64,000 nt of DNA from Camelus ferus (GCF_009834535.1 NC_045698.1:3722001-3786000); one strand, 5' to 3'; shown: positions 1-11,420, counted from the first letter of the stretch. Notes: generated by a model from the letters alone, not told the origin. Made by a program: numbers and translations.

Positions 1-1699
1 CTCTCTTCCTGCTGCCCCGTGAACCCCGAAGGGTGACTGGACCTCAGCCACCTGCAGGGGCCCAGCTGAAGCTGCGTCGCGATGACCAAACGAGGTCACG
101 TGTGGAGTGCACGGCAGCCCCAGTGCAGTGCCAGCGGTCATTGCTCAGCATCGGGAGGGAGCGGGGACCTGGATGCCTTGTGAGGCGGCCTTCATGGTGG
201 TGGCGTCCTCTGCTTCGTGTACCGCACGGCATGTGCTCTTACACGCTTACTCTTCTGTGGGAAGAGCTTAAAACTCAAAGTAACCCCTCAAAGTGATGAG
301 TCTTTTATTTGAATGTTATGCGATCCAGGAGTGATGCAGTTACCCTCTTCCTTTCAGAGACACATGGGCACACCTGAAATTTAATGCCAGGTGCTCCTCC
401 CGTGGGAAGTTCTTTGTCTTCCGCTTTCAGGGCGAGGCTTGGCAGGTCGAGCTGATGAGAACTGCTTTCTCTTTGACTTTAGCAGAGCTGCTGAGGGTGC
501 GCGTGACAGTGCCCCCTTTCATGGGCTCAACCGTGTATCACCGTCAGAGAGCAGCCAGCAGAGCGAGCGGCTGACGGGTGTCTTCCCGCCGCGCTGTGGG
601 CGCCCCTCTCGGCAGCGTGGCCCCGCTCCCAGGAGCCAGGGCCTCGCGCTGGGTTAGGCCCTGTGCTGGGCCCTGCCCCACAGCGCAGCCCGGGAGCCCC
701 AGGACGACTGTCCGAGGGGTGGTCTTGACTTGTTTTATGCACAGGAAACAAGCCCCAGGAGAAGAGGGCTTAAGGCCTGGGGCGGTCAGCGCCGCCAGCC
801 CGCGGCCGGGCTCCCCGCGCCCAGCGCGCAGCCCTGCACGGGGCGCGCGCCCCCGCCGGCTGCAGTCGTCGTGAATTGCTGCTTCTCTTACCGTTAGACC
901 CGGGTCTCTGTCTGCACCGCGTGCCGGCCCTGTGCTGCTCTCGCTGCCCTGCAGATTAGGGGAGGGCAGCTTTATATTTGCATGTGTGGGTTTTGTGACG
1001 GCGTCTCTTCGCTTTTAAATAGTAGTAGTTTGCCCTGTAGGGTATTGCATCACTAACAGTATATACTTAATAATAAATTTTAATGAAATAACTCCGAAAA
1101 TTAAAAAAATTAAATTTGAATTAAGTAACTGCTAAATACACTTACGAGAGTCTAAATGAGAACTCTATACCGTAACCTCTAACCCAGTCTACAGTTAAAT
1201 GCCATGATCTGTAATCTAGTGTGTGAAGGTGTGGTGTGAGAATAGCTTCTCGTTTGCTCTTACTTTGCTGGTTTCCGTTTCCAAAGTCCACTTACAAATA
1301 CTTCCGGTGGGTATTTAATGGAGTCATTTACCTGATAATGCTCTGGGGCCCGCATTTTGTCAGAACTTAACCGTGTGGGGTGTGATCCTTCCAGAACTGG
1401 CTGGCAAGCCTGGTCACGAGAGGACGCAGCTTCAGGCTGTGCCCTCCACCCCGGCTCTCACTGCCCTCGGGGCGACCCTAGGAACCTGTATCCAGCTGCT
1501 CTGGTTTGGGGATTTTTTCTCTATCTATAGAAGGGACTTAAATGAATTTTTTCATTGTCGAATTTATTTTTAATTTTTGGTTTTCATTGCTGGTAGATAT
1601 TATTCTGTATTTGAGTAGTATTTCAGTAGATTAACAACATAAAACATTTTGAATAACGAAGATTTTCTCCTTGTTGACTGACATGAAAACTCTTTTCAG
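1..1699 (+). other. ICE1: 3' part of the last ICE1 intron, with branch-point-like CTGAC (1678-1682) and 3' splice site
   Basis: No recognisable ICE1 coding sequence upstream in the window; gactgac followed by a pyrimidine tract and CAG directly before the exon. Confidence 0.8.
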
Positions 1700-1881
1700 A
1701 TATACCGTGGGGTATACAGCTGGCAGCCGTGTACGCTCTGTGTGACCTGAGTCCCAGCAATCCCGCGGAAATATCCAAGATCCTGGAAGCCTGGCGCAGA
1801 GAGACGGCGCACAGCGTGCCCTCGGCCGTGGTCGGCTACCTGCAGGAGGTCAGCGCGCTGTGCGCCGACGAGCTGGCCTGA
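1700..1881 (+). CDS. ICE1: Terminal coding exon of ICE1 (interactor of little elongation complex ELL subunit 1 / KIAA0947)
   Basis: Acceptor tcttttcag| ends at 1699. After a 2-nt phase overhang (AT) the frame reads IPWGIQLAAVYALCDLSPSNPAEISKILEAWRRETAHSVPSAVVGYLQEVSALCADELA then TGA (1879-1881). This matches the recalled human ICE1 C-terminus (DIPWGIQLAAVYALCDLSPSNPAEISKILEAWRRE...). Strong GC3 bias; followed by a 3'UTR and poly(A) signals. Confidence 0.92.
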
Positions 1882-2727
1882 CCCGGCTCGCGCCTGGAGA
1901 AGTGCCTTCCCGCGTCCCAGCGGGAGCAGATCAGTCCGCGTCAGGATGCAGACCAAGGTTGCAGAGAGCGAGACCTGAGGGAGAAAAAGGCGCCGAGAGG
2001 CTCTCCTCTCTGTGGCAGAGGCAGGGGAGCGCGCAGAGGCTGTTTTCCCCCAGACCACATACATCTCATCAGTGATCTTGTGACGTATGCATTGTGTTTC
2101 GTTGTGTCTTGGTCAAACAACAAAAACTTGAACTTAGCCCTTTTTTTGCTGCAGAAAGTGTCCTTTTAGTCGCTTTTTAAAATTGAGTGGCATTTTGTAA
2201 TGAATTTAATATAAAAACATTGATTTGGTTCCTGAGCCAATTTTGGACTTTGTGCCCAAATGACTGACTAGGAAAAAATGAGGTGGCCCAAAAGCTGGGA
2301 GGCCCGTCTGCTGTCTTAGCTGGAAATGGGCTGCAGAGTTCCCCTCCAGGTGTCGTGCACAGCTGATCAGAGTAAATAAAACAGGGAGAGCCTTTAGAAA
2401 CCCACGTTAGTGCATTTCTTCGTATCTCTAAAGTCCTTAAAAATATTTAACTACGTGTCAGTAAAAGGAGCAGAGCAGACGTCTCCGCGGGCGCCTGCGT
2501 GAGCGTGTGCAGACAGGCGCGGGCGGGCGCGCCCCTGCGCGCGCCGTGTGCACGTGAGCAGCTATGATGTGTCTCACATTTGATGGTGTTCCACTTTCGG
2601 AATTTTAGTGTTTGTACATAGAAATGGGTTTAATAACTCACCATGGTCCTGATTGTCGTATTTTCATCATTTCTTAAAACTCTTGTATGTGTTTTTTATA
2701 ATAAAAAATAAAAGTAAGCCATGCACA
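1882..2727 (+). other. ICE1: ICE1 3'UTR
   Basis: Runs from the stop codon through U/AU-rich tracts to tandem AATAAA. The cleavage site is estimated at ~2720-2727. Confidence 0.8.
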
Positions 2728-2740
2728 TTATTGTCCTGAT
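2684..2740 (+). terminator. Cleavage/polyadenylation signal: TGTA (2684-2687), tandem AATAAA (2700-2705, 2707-2712), downstream T/GT-rich element
   Basis: ttgtatgtgttttttatAATAAAaAATAAAagtaagccatgcacattattgtcc. Confidence 0.85.
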
Positions 2741-3084
2741 GAGTAGAGTCGCACATGGCCTTACTTCTGTTCCAACCAAAGTTGAAGAGAAAACCCTGCA
2801 CTAAAGCAAAGCCACAGAGCAGCGGCCTCCAGAGGAGACCCCCCGGGTAGAGGCGCGGTCACTGCCAGTACTTAGCTGATTTTCCGTGTTCTCCCGCGGG
2901 CTCTTAGTGATAGCAGACACCGCTGGCCCTCCGTCCTTGGTTTGTCCGTCTAACTGCAGTCACTGCCCTTTGACAATTGTGTTGTCACTCCCTCCTCCTG
3001 TTTTTAAGTGATTATCACGAACAGATTTATAAACAGCTCTGCCTTGCCCTTTGCACGCTGTAGTTGGTGTGTTGCTTCTTTCTG

Positions 3085-3905
3085 CCACTGCTTAGTGAGC
3101 ACGTGCTCTGAGCCAAGGCCTTGCTGAGAGGAGCTGGTGATCAGCTGGTAGAGAAGAACCCTGCCCAGGCACCCTGATCAGTGAACAGTCAACAATGTCA
3201 GTAAGTGCAGTGAGGGAGACATGGGGGTCTGTGGTAGGAGAGTGGGAGACCCCTCTCTGTCTCTTTTGGCTAAGGAGGGTCCCTCTGAGGCAAAGGGACC
3301 TGCCTGGAAAGGAGGGCACCCTGACAGGTGTCCGGGACAGGTGTGCACGGCTCTGCTCTGAGAGGGCAAGAGCCTGCCATGCGTGGGCAAGAGGCTGGTG
3401 TGGGCAGAACATGCTATGTAAGGGGGCGAGCTTCCTTTGTTCGGTGACACGGGTAAACCGCCAGTCACTGGGACCTGGGCAGCCCTGGGCTTGGTCACAC
3501 TCGCTGGTCGGGAGGTTTGAGCAGAGGCGTCAGATGAGCACAGCTCACCAGGCTGCTCTGTGACGGGGAAGGGGGGCGAGGCGTGGAGCAGGCCTATCCA
3601 GGAGTCAGCGCTCATCGTGCTGGTGGCTGTGCAGACCATCGGGGTGGGTGTCACATGGGTCTTGGAGGTGGAATCAGTGTTGAGTTTGTGGCCTGGGGGT
3701 GAGGGACAGGTGGGAATCAAGATTGCCAGGGTGTTGATTTCGGCACCTGGGCTTGGGGACACAAACCCTAGGTATATGTTTGGGACATGATACATCCAAG
3801 TGGAGGTGACAGGGAGCCTTTACTGGCAAAAGGCTGGAGTTCAGGCAAGAAGGGGCAAAAGTTAGGGAGTGGGTAAGAGCTTGGAGGCTGTTTAAAGCTG
3901 GGAGT
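3085..3905 (-). mobile_element. LINE L2 fragment (old, L2a-like)
   Basis: Purine-rich degenerate sequence resembling antisense L2 3' region (agtgagcacgtgctctgagccaagg ... gacatgatacatccaagtggaggtg ... ctggagttcagg). Confidence 0.6.
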
Positions 3906-6900
3906 GCGTGCGCATGCGTGCGTGGTAACCTAGGGAGAAGGGTAACTTCCTGGCTCAGCACCTCTGTGGTTTGAAGCTGTGTGGGAGAGGGAGGAGGAGG
4001 AGACCCCCCAGGGCAGGAGGTGGCCGTGCAGCACCTTGGCTGCTCCCTTGCCCCATCCTGGAAGGCCAGAGGTAGGCAGCCGACCGCCGGAGCCGCCAGT
4101 GGAGGAGCGGGGCGGTGGGTGGCCTCTGCTTCCTGCGGGGGTGGTGAGCCCGTGGGCATTTCCCAGGGAAGACGGGCTTAGAGAATGCTGCCGGGTCAGA
4201 GGGGTGAGGGAGAGAGCGGGTCTGCAGACTCAGTTTTGGGGAAGATGCTCCCAGAGAACAGGTGTATCACATGGTTCAAACGTTAGTTTAAGCTCAACAG
4301 TTGCACGCGTTCTCACTGGGGGTGAGGTGCACCTGACAGCCCCCCCGGGGTGCGGAAGCCCCTCGTCAGCACGGCGCTGACTCCACAGGCCTGAGCCTGC
4401 TCAGGGTCTCCCTCAGAGGGTGAAGCAGTTTTAAGCTGTTGTTAAGTTTAGTTTCTGGTCCCCAGGCAGAAGTTGTAGAGTTTTATCGTTTAAAAAAGCT
4501 GAATAAACACGAAAAGGTGGGTAAGCCTGTGAGCCTGGAGTTGGGCGGGGCTTCAGGCCGGCGTCGGCCTGTGGGCCCGGGAGGTGCACGGGGCCAGGGG
4601 CTCGGGCTGGCCCTGCAGGCAGCCCGGACGGGGCGCAGGGGGGCCTGGCCCGCCCTGCCTGCAGCCGTGCGGCTAGGGCAGGTGACAGCAGTGTTCTTAG
4701 TGGACGTCTGGGCCTTGTCCTCATGCACATTCCTAGGGAGGTCCCCGCTTTTCACTACAAGCACAAAATCAGCCTGTAGGTGACACTTCAGGCTGTGATC
4801 CCCGCCGCCCCCCAAGAATACCAGGTCACACTGCTTGCTTTGTTTATTAAGGTGGGATGTGGCCACATCTCTCAGATTTTCACTGTAGCGACGCTGTGTC
4901 CTTGGACGCGGCGGCCGTTAGGGGGCGCCATGGCCCCACTGTGAACAGCAGCGTCGGGCGCACAAAGGGCCCCTCGGGCTGCAGTTTGCTCTACGGGAGC
5001 CTTTCCGTTTGTATTTTGAGCCTTGAAGAGAGTGAGCTTTACTGCCTTGGCCCATTATGTCCAGAAGCAAGTAGGAAAAACAGGTGGAAAGAGTAACATG
5101 TGGACTCAGTGGTATTCGAGGTAATAGCCCCCCTGCCCCCACCCCGAATAAGTAGAAGCAAATACTTTCCCTGTTTGGTCAGATTCTTTCCTGGGCATTT
5201 TTTAATGATCCTAAAGCAAAATGCTTTGACCAAAAAAAAAAAGTGCCAGGTGTGAGAGTGACGGTGGGAGGACGGTTCTGTGACACGCTGGATGGCGTGG
5301 GTCCCCTGCCCACAGGGACGCATCAGCTGCTTTCACACCGCACCCCGACACCTGCTGTCCTGCAGGGCCACGGCACGGACTCCGTGGTGCGCACGGCTCG
5401 GTCTGACCAGCCCGCCTCACTGCGACTGAGGACCCAAGGGTCTCCCTGAGGGGTGTTCCAGAAATTTGAGGGACTTCGGAAAGTAAGACAGAGCCATTAA
5501 CTTAAACGCTTTCCTCTCTTCATCTCTTCATTTGCCTGACACTTTCTCAGAGAAATTCAGTGTGCTCGTTTTGCTTGTGAAGCAAACGAGAAGTCCCTTT
5601 TCTTGCCTCTAAAGAGAATTTTAGGGAAGACCTGCTTTAACGGCGTGACATCTGCCTTCGTGTGCTCCCGTTACTGTTATGAACTAAAGAGCCGCCGCCG
5701 TACTGTAGTCAGTTTGTTCAGCGAAAGCATTGTGACCATGTAGCCAAAGACAGAATGGTGAGTGAGAAGCTGTGAGACAGGGTTCAACCCAGTTTTATGA
5801 AGATGGAAGCATCCATTTATGAAGGACTTCAGGTCTGGGGAAGGACTGTAGGACCAGGGCTTCCTGCCCGTGCTTGGCACCGGCCCTCTGCGGGGCTCTG
5901 CTTCTGCTGGGAACCGTGGTGCTGCCCGGGCACCTGTCCAGGGGCTGGATCCTGGGGACAAGGCGGGATGTGAGGCGGGCTGACCCCCAGACCAGCGGTT
6001 CTCACAGGGCACGGCCTCACCCGGGGGCTGTCCGGTGTGTGCAAGCCTCCAGGTGAGACGCGTGCTCCCTGCAGCGGGGGAGCCCTGTCCTGCCCTGGGC
6101 ACCACCTGTTCTCCCGGGCCCCTCTGTGTTCAGGTCAGATCCCCGCTGTCCAGGTAGCCGGGCCCCTGTCCCCTTCCTGACCCGTGTCAGTGGGAATTTG
6201 GGAGAAGATGAGGTGTGCACATTAACTGCCTTCCACCCTCTGGAACTGAATCTAGTCCCTGTCTCTTGTTTTTCATTTTTTTATGTCATCTTTAAGAATG
6301 TTATTTTTCCCTAACAAATAGCCATTGATTGCTGCTCGGGAGATAATTTCACCCTAAATCGTGAGCGTTCAACTGACAAAACTCCACAGAGGAGGAAACG
6401 GGGGGTGGGAGAAGTGAACCCCGACCCTGGCCCCACCACCCTTGGCTTTCACAGAAGGGCCACTCTTGGCTGCCGTGTTCTTATATATAAATTTGTATTA
6501 TTAAATATCCATTTTAATGGTTTAAGTTTCAATTCAACGTGTTTTATTATTTGATTTAATCTTTTCATCCTAGTTTTGTGTGCATGTAGTGAATGAAATG
6601 TCAAAACAGGTCACACACTGGAATGTCTGTCCCTGTCACTCAGGCCCTGATTTCCCAGGCAGCTCTGTGACCAGGCTGTGGGCTTCCTTCCAGAGACCCC
6701 AGGTCCACAGAGGTGAGGGTCCTGTGCCCACCCCCAGCTCCTTCCGATGGAGGCAGAACCTAAGGGCCTCACCTGCTCTGCTCCCCTCCTGAGGTCCCTG
6801 GAGGGTAGCAACAGACTCAGACACTTCCCCCGTCTCCCACCTGCTTTTCCACTGGGGAAGTTGTCCCCAAGGGTGGAAGGCGCGGGCAAGGGAGCACTTC

Positions 6901-8078
6901 GGGTCAACTGAGCAGCCGATCCTGCCAGGAGGTCAGGTCTGGAGGGCTGTCCCTCTGCTCTGCCCCTCTCCCCGGGGCTGCTGTCCTCTTGTCCCCCGAG
7001 GGAGGAGAGCCCCACATGCCCACACCTCGCCTCTGCTCCCCACTGACTTGGGGGGCAGGCGAGTGTTGCGGGGTCTCCACCCAGCTGCCACCCCAGGCAG
7101 CACGAACACCGCAGCTCCTGACTCCAAGGACGTTTGTTTGTGTTCCCTAAACTCCAGGCCAACCTCAGTTAGCTTCTTCAAAGCAGCCTTAATAGAGACG
7201 CAGCAAAGCCTGAGAGGAGGTGACCATTCTGATTTCTGAATAAAAACCGCGTTTCATGTTTCGTGACAGTTCTTAAAGGAAAAGAGCGCCTGTGCTGTCT
7301 CGGGGGCTGGCTTTTAGAGGCAGCCGGCGCCTTTATGATGAGGTCACCTTGTGCCGCGCACGGGTGAGCCTGCGTCACCGTGCCCATTCACACCTGCTCC
7401 GCTCCTGCTGTGCTGAAGGCGCCTTGGTCACTCGGACTCAGGAGGGGCCTGGAGCTGGGAGGTGACTGACAAGGTGGTGAAGCCCCAAACACGAGTGCCC
7501 GGCACTGCCCTGCCCTGCCGGGACTCCTTGCCCGGCGTGGCCCTCGGTGGGGGGACCTGGCCCACCTGCCTCCTCCGGCCTGTCTGTCAGGTGCCTGCGG
7601 ATAACTGGGGGCTTTTTAAGAGAAAACCACGGTCATGTTTGCAAGTGTTTGGACAGTCCAAATCCGACCTCCAGGAGCGGCCTTCGTAGGAAGACCTGGG
7701 GCGTCAGTGTGCTTCTGCAGGAGGGAGATCTGCTGACCTATATCCCTCTATTTTTTTCAACCATTGCTTCACCTTTGGAGAAAAAATAGTAAGTTTCTGG
7801 AGAAAGAGGAGTGAGTTCTCACAGAGGCATTTAGCCTGCAGGGGCTTCTTTTTCTGAGTGGAGTCCCCTGCCCCCACTGTCCTGACCCTGCAGAGGAGGG
7901 CCAAGGTCACGTGACCCCAAGGCACCATCCCTTTGGGGAGCGCCCATCGGTCGTTGATCCAGAGGCCAGCAGGACTTCAGCTCAGGCTTCTGCTCCCACA
8001 TCACCCAGAGGAGAACCTGCCAGTGTGGGGCGTTTCCTGCCTCTGGAGTCTTGTTCGCATGCAAATATCTAGAAAAGT

Positions 8079-8458
8079 GTATGTGGAATCTAAACAATGA
8101 TACAAATGAATTTATTTTCAAAACAGAGAGAGACTCATAGACACAGAAAACAAATTTATGGTTACCAAATGGGAAAAGGAGAGTAGGGTAACTTAGGAGT
8201 TTGGGATTAACAGTTACACTTCACTGTATGTAAAATAAAGAACAAGAACCTCCCGTACAGCACAGGGAACTGTATTGAAAGCTTGTAATAGCCTATAATG
8301 AGAAAGAATCTGAAAAATTATATATATATATATATACACACACACATACATATATGTGTGTGTGTATATATAGACAATCTGAATCACCTTGCTGTACACC
8401 TGAAATTAACACAACATTGTAAATCAACTATACTTCAATTAAAAAGAAAAGAAAAGAA
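8079..8458 (+). mobile_element. 5'-truncated cetartiodactyl-type L1 3' end with A-rich tail
   Basis: atgtggaatctaaa...gaaaacaaatttatggttacc...acagcacagggaac...aacacaacattgtaaatcaactatacttcaattaaaaagaaaagaaaag. Confidence 0.9.
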
Positions 8459-8589
8459 GAGCATAGTTGGGTTCTGTTGTGGTGACAGTTGCGCCCCAGA
8501 GTCATGCTGTCAGTTGCGGAGCCATGTTATCGAGCAAGGGTGGACCAGGAGAACCAAACATGACCCATGTGCCGCCTTAAAAGCTGAAG

Positions 8590-8880
8590 AAGTGCTTTAT
8601 GCTCAACATCATTCGTCATGAGAGAAATGCAAATTTAAGCCACGGGCACTAATCTGCCTTTTGATGGCTAATGTTGAAAAGACACATCTTGCCAAATGCT
8701 GGCAAAGTGATGCTGAGCATTTTCATGCGTTTTTGTCATCATACATCTTTCTTTGCTAAAATGTCTGTTCAAATCTGTTGCCCACTTTTTTATTGAGTCA
8801 GTTTTTGCCTTTTTACCATAGAATTTGAGAGTTCTTTTTATATTGTGGATACAAGTTCTTTATCAGCATGTGATTTGTGC
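8590..8880. mobile_element. Two abutting, oppositely oriented old L1 ORF2 3' fragments
   Basis: + piece atgctcaacatcattcgtcatgagagaaatgcaaatt (~8590-8707) followed by - piece gatgctgagcattttcatg...gatacaagttctttatcag (~8709-8880). Confidence 0.65.
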
Positions 8881-9199
8881 TTTTCCTTACCCTGAAGAGG
8901 AAATGAGTTTTCTGGATTTTCATGCAATTTTAAAATGCATAACTTTTAATTTCTAAATAGAAATATTGGCATCAAAAAAGCTACAATTTCATAAACTGTA
9001 AGTTCACTTTTTTTCTGGCTTTCTTTAGCTGTACATCCCATTTTTAAAACACTTAAGAAAAGGAAATCTGATTGTGAAGGCTTTGTTTTTTTTCATACGT
9101 TGAGCTTTGCATTTTGTCCTGTGAATGAAAAATATTGCAGCCATGTAGTAAACAAAGGACGCTGTCCTCAGCTGCTACCGCCACCCCCGACAGCAAGGG

Positions 9200-9611
9200 G
9201 AGGGGAGGGAACTCAGGATGGAGGCCAGCAGGCAGCCGGGCCTCTGCTGTCGCCCCCACGGTGCCCCCTGAGGGGCCTCAGGATGGGAATGAACAGGACA
9301 CCAGCCCCGGACACCTCGGTGCACATCAAAGGAGAGGTTTCAGTGAGCGCAGACTGTTGTATCTTCCCGTACATAGAAAAGCACCAAATTCCGTAACTTG
9401 AGATACCTTGTTTTCTTTAACAGAAATCTGATGTCCCAACTACCTGATCTGTGTTGCAAAAACTCCTATATATCCTGGATCCTCCCTGGCCTCTTCGGAG
9501 CAGCCCCTCAGAGCCATCTAAAAGGCTACACCTCAGGCTTAAGTCCTCAGGAATTCCCCCAAGTAAAGTATAACTCTCAACTTCTAGGTTGTGCATTGTT
9601 TTCAGTTGACA
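9200..9611 (+). mobile_element. ERV1-class solo LTR (MER41-like laurasiatherian family)
   Basis: TATA-like ctcctatatatcc, agtaaa signal and 3' end ...caacttctaggttgtgcattgttttcagttgaCA. The 5' boundary is uncertain. Confidence 0.65.
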
Positions 9612-10859
9612 GTCCTCGCCTGGCATTCCTTTCCACTCAGTTCCCACCATCTGACCGAGTGCAGGGAAAGGAGAGAGAAAAAGCCATCTTAAGAAAACCC
9701 TTGTGCCTGCTGTCTCAAGTTGAGTTTTTTTTTTTTAAATCCCACGCAAGTGCGTTTCAATGTTGACCTCAGTTCCCTTCCTCTCCTCGGAGCTGGGGCC
9801 TGCAGTCACCTGGCCTTCCCGGCAGGGGGCGCTCTGCACCTTGGTCGTGAGCCCAGAACCATCCACTGGTCCGGAGACCCTCCTACACCCAGACACATAA
9901 ACACAGGCTCAGGAGAGAGAAGAGACAAAAGGACGCAGAGGTGTATTTCACATGAACCTACTGCTTTCTTTTTTCCAAACATGCTCCCGGTGTGTTCTAA
10001 GGAGGAAACGTCCATGGAGCAAAGACTGCGTCAGCTGGTGGTGGCCGCGCTCTGGAGGACCTGGGAGGGAGCGTCCTGCGCAGAGGTTTTGAGCGAGTGT
10101 TGTGCAGTTACACCGTTACCTTTCGGCCTGGTCGCACACCGCAGCTCACCTGGAGCTACAGCGGTGGGGCTGGGGGGCGCGGGGCGGGGCTGGGGCAACG
10201 CCGCGTCAGTCGACCTGTCTTCCTTTGTGACTTCACGTGGCTCTTTGCACCCCTGGGCCTCGTCTTCTGTCTTAGTGTAGCAATGATGAAACAAGCCGTG
10301 CAGATACCATAAATATTTTTATGGGTCACCCCGGAAATCTTGGTGGGGCTCAAAACTTTTTTCTCTAGAAAATACAAATAACGCGCCAGAAGAAATCCGC
10401 TGCAGACACTGAGAATCTGCGCGCAGGAGATGTTCAGCCTTGGCGACGTGTCTTTGTGTTGGCAAAGGCCACGTTTCAGTCTGTGACCCCAGTGGGGTCC
10501 TGGTCGTTTGTCAGTGGACACCGTTAGTGTTTGCTCACCATCGGAATGAAATTCCTGTGATTGCTTTATTTGCCTTTGTTGTTTTCCTGTTGTTGTTTCT
10601 GTTGTTTTTCTTTTCTTTTTTTTTTTTTTTTTTTGGACGGGGGGTGTTGGGAGAGTGGGGGTTTGCTTTCAATGTGCCAAGTTCCTGCACAGGTATCACA
10701 ATATTCTTTGTTAACTATCAGCAATTACGTGCCACTGATTTCAACTGATTAACTTTTTATAGATTTTTCTTGGTAGTTTGTCAAGACAAACTACTGTTTT
10801 TTAACATAGAGGACTGCTGTATCTCTGTCTTCCTCGGAGCCTGCTGGAAATCAGGCACT

Positions 10860-11420
10860 GCTGTGATCCCCGCGGGCTTCCCACGCCGGGCCGGGCGGCG
10901 AGGTGACCTCAGTGCCGGCGGAATGTGGCTCGCGAAGAACACTGAGTGGAGCCGAAGAGACCTGCGGCCGCGGCTGGCCTCCCGGGCGGTGCGCCGTGCC
11001 GGGCGTGAGGCGCGCTTCCCGTCCAGAGCCTGCGTTTCGCCGCGTCAGGCTGAGCAGATGGGGAAAGTGGCAGAAAGGCCAGACGTGGTTTACAGCCACT
11101 TCCCTTGTCTCTTGAAAGAAGATAGATGGGGGCCTGGTGCTCCCCGCCTTTAGAGCAGGACGGCCAGCCGACTGCTCGAGGCAGAGGACACGCGGTGGCC
11201 CAGAGCGCGATCAGCCCCGGCTGCTCCCCGGCCCCAGCGGCCGTCCCCGCGGCCGCCCTCCGCGGTCACCTCAGCACCGATCGGGCGCCAGCCAGGTGCG
11301 AGCGCCCGGGGGCGGCGAGGAGCTCGGGGCAGGGCTGGCGAGGCAGAGGCCAGGCGCAAGCTAGGCCTCAGGCTCCCGTGCGGAGCCGGCTCCCCGCCCC
11401 GTGTGTGTGTCCTCGGGGCA
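10860..11420. promoter_or_regulatory. CpG-island-like intergenic segment
   Basis: Very high GC with dense CpG, including two GCGGCCGC sites; no adjacent gene start is recognisable. Confidence 0.55.

Noticed and set aside
1..1699. AT-rich tracts and AATAAA (~1072) suggesting 3'UTR
   Set aside because: They lie upstream of the splice acceptor of the terminal exon, so they are intronic.
1696..2064. 122-aa minus-strand ORF and overlapping + ORF at 1860-2075
   Set aside because: Antisense and off-frame shadows of the GC-rich ICE1 exon and UTR; the real frame is 1700-1881.
3178..3795. 205-aa ORF
   Set aside because: Falls in an L2 relic; no recognisable domain or splice context.
5751..5763. Strong donor-like ATG|GTGAGT (and ATA|GTAAGT near 7789)
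   Set aside because: No convincing paired acceptor or coding frame; such motifs are expected by chance in 64 kb.
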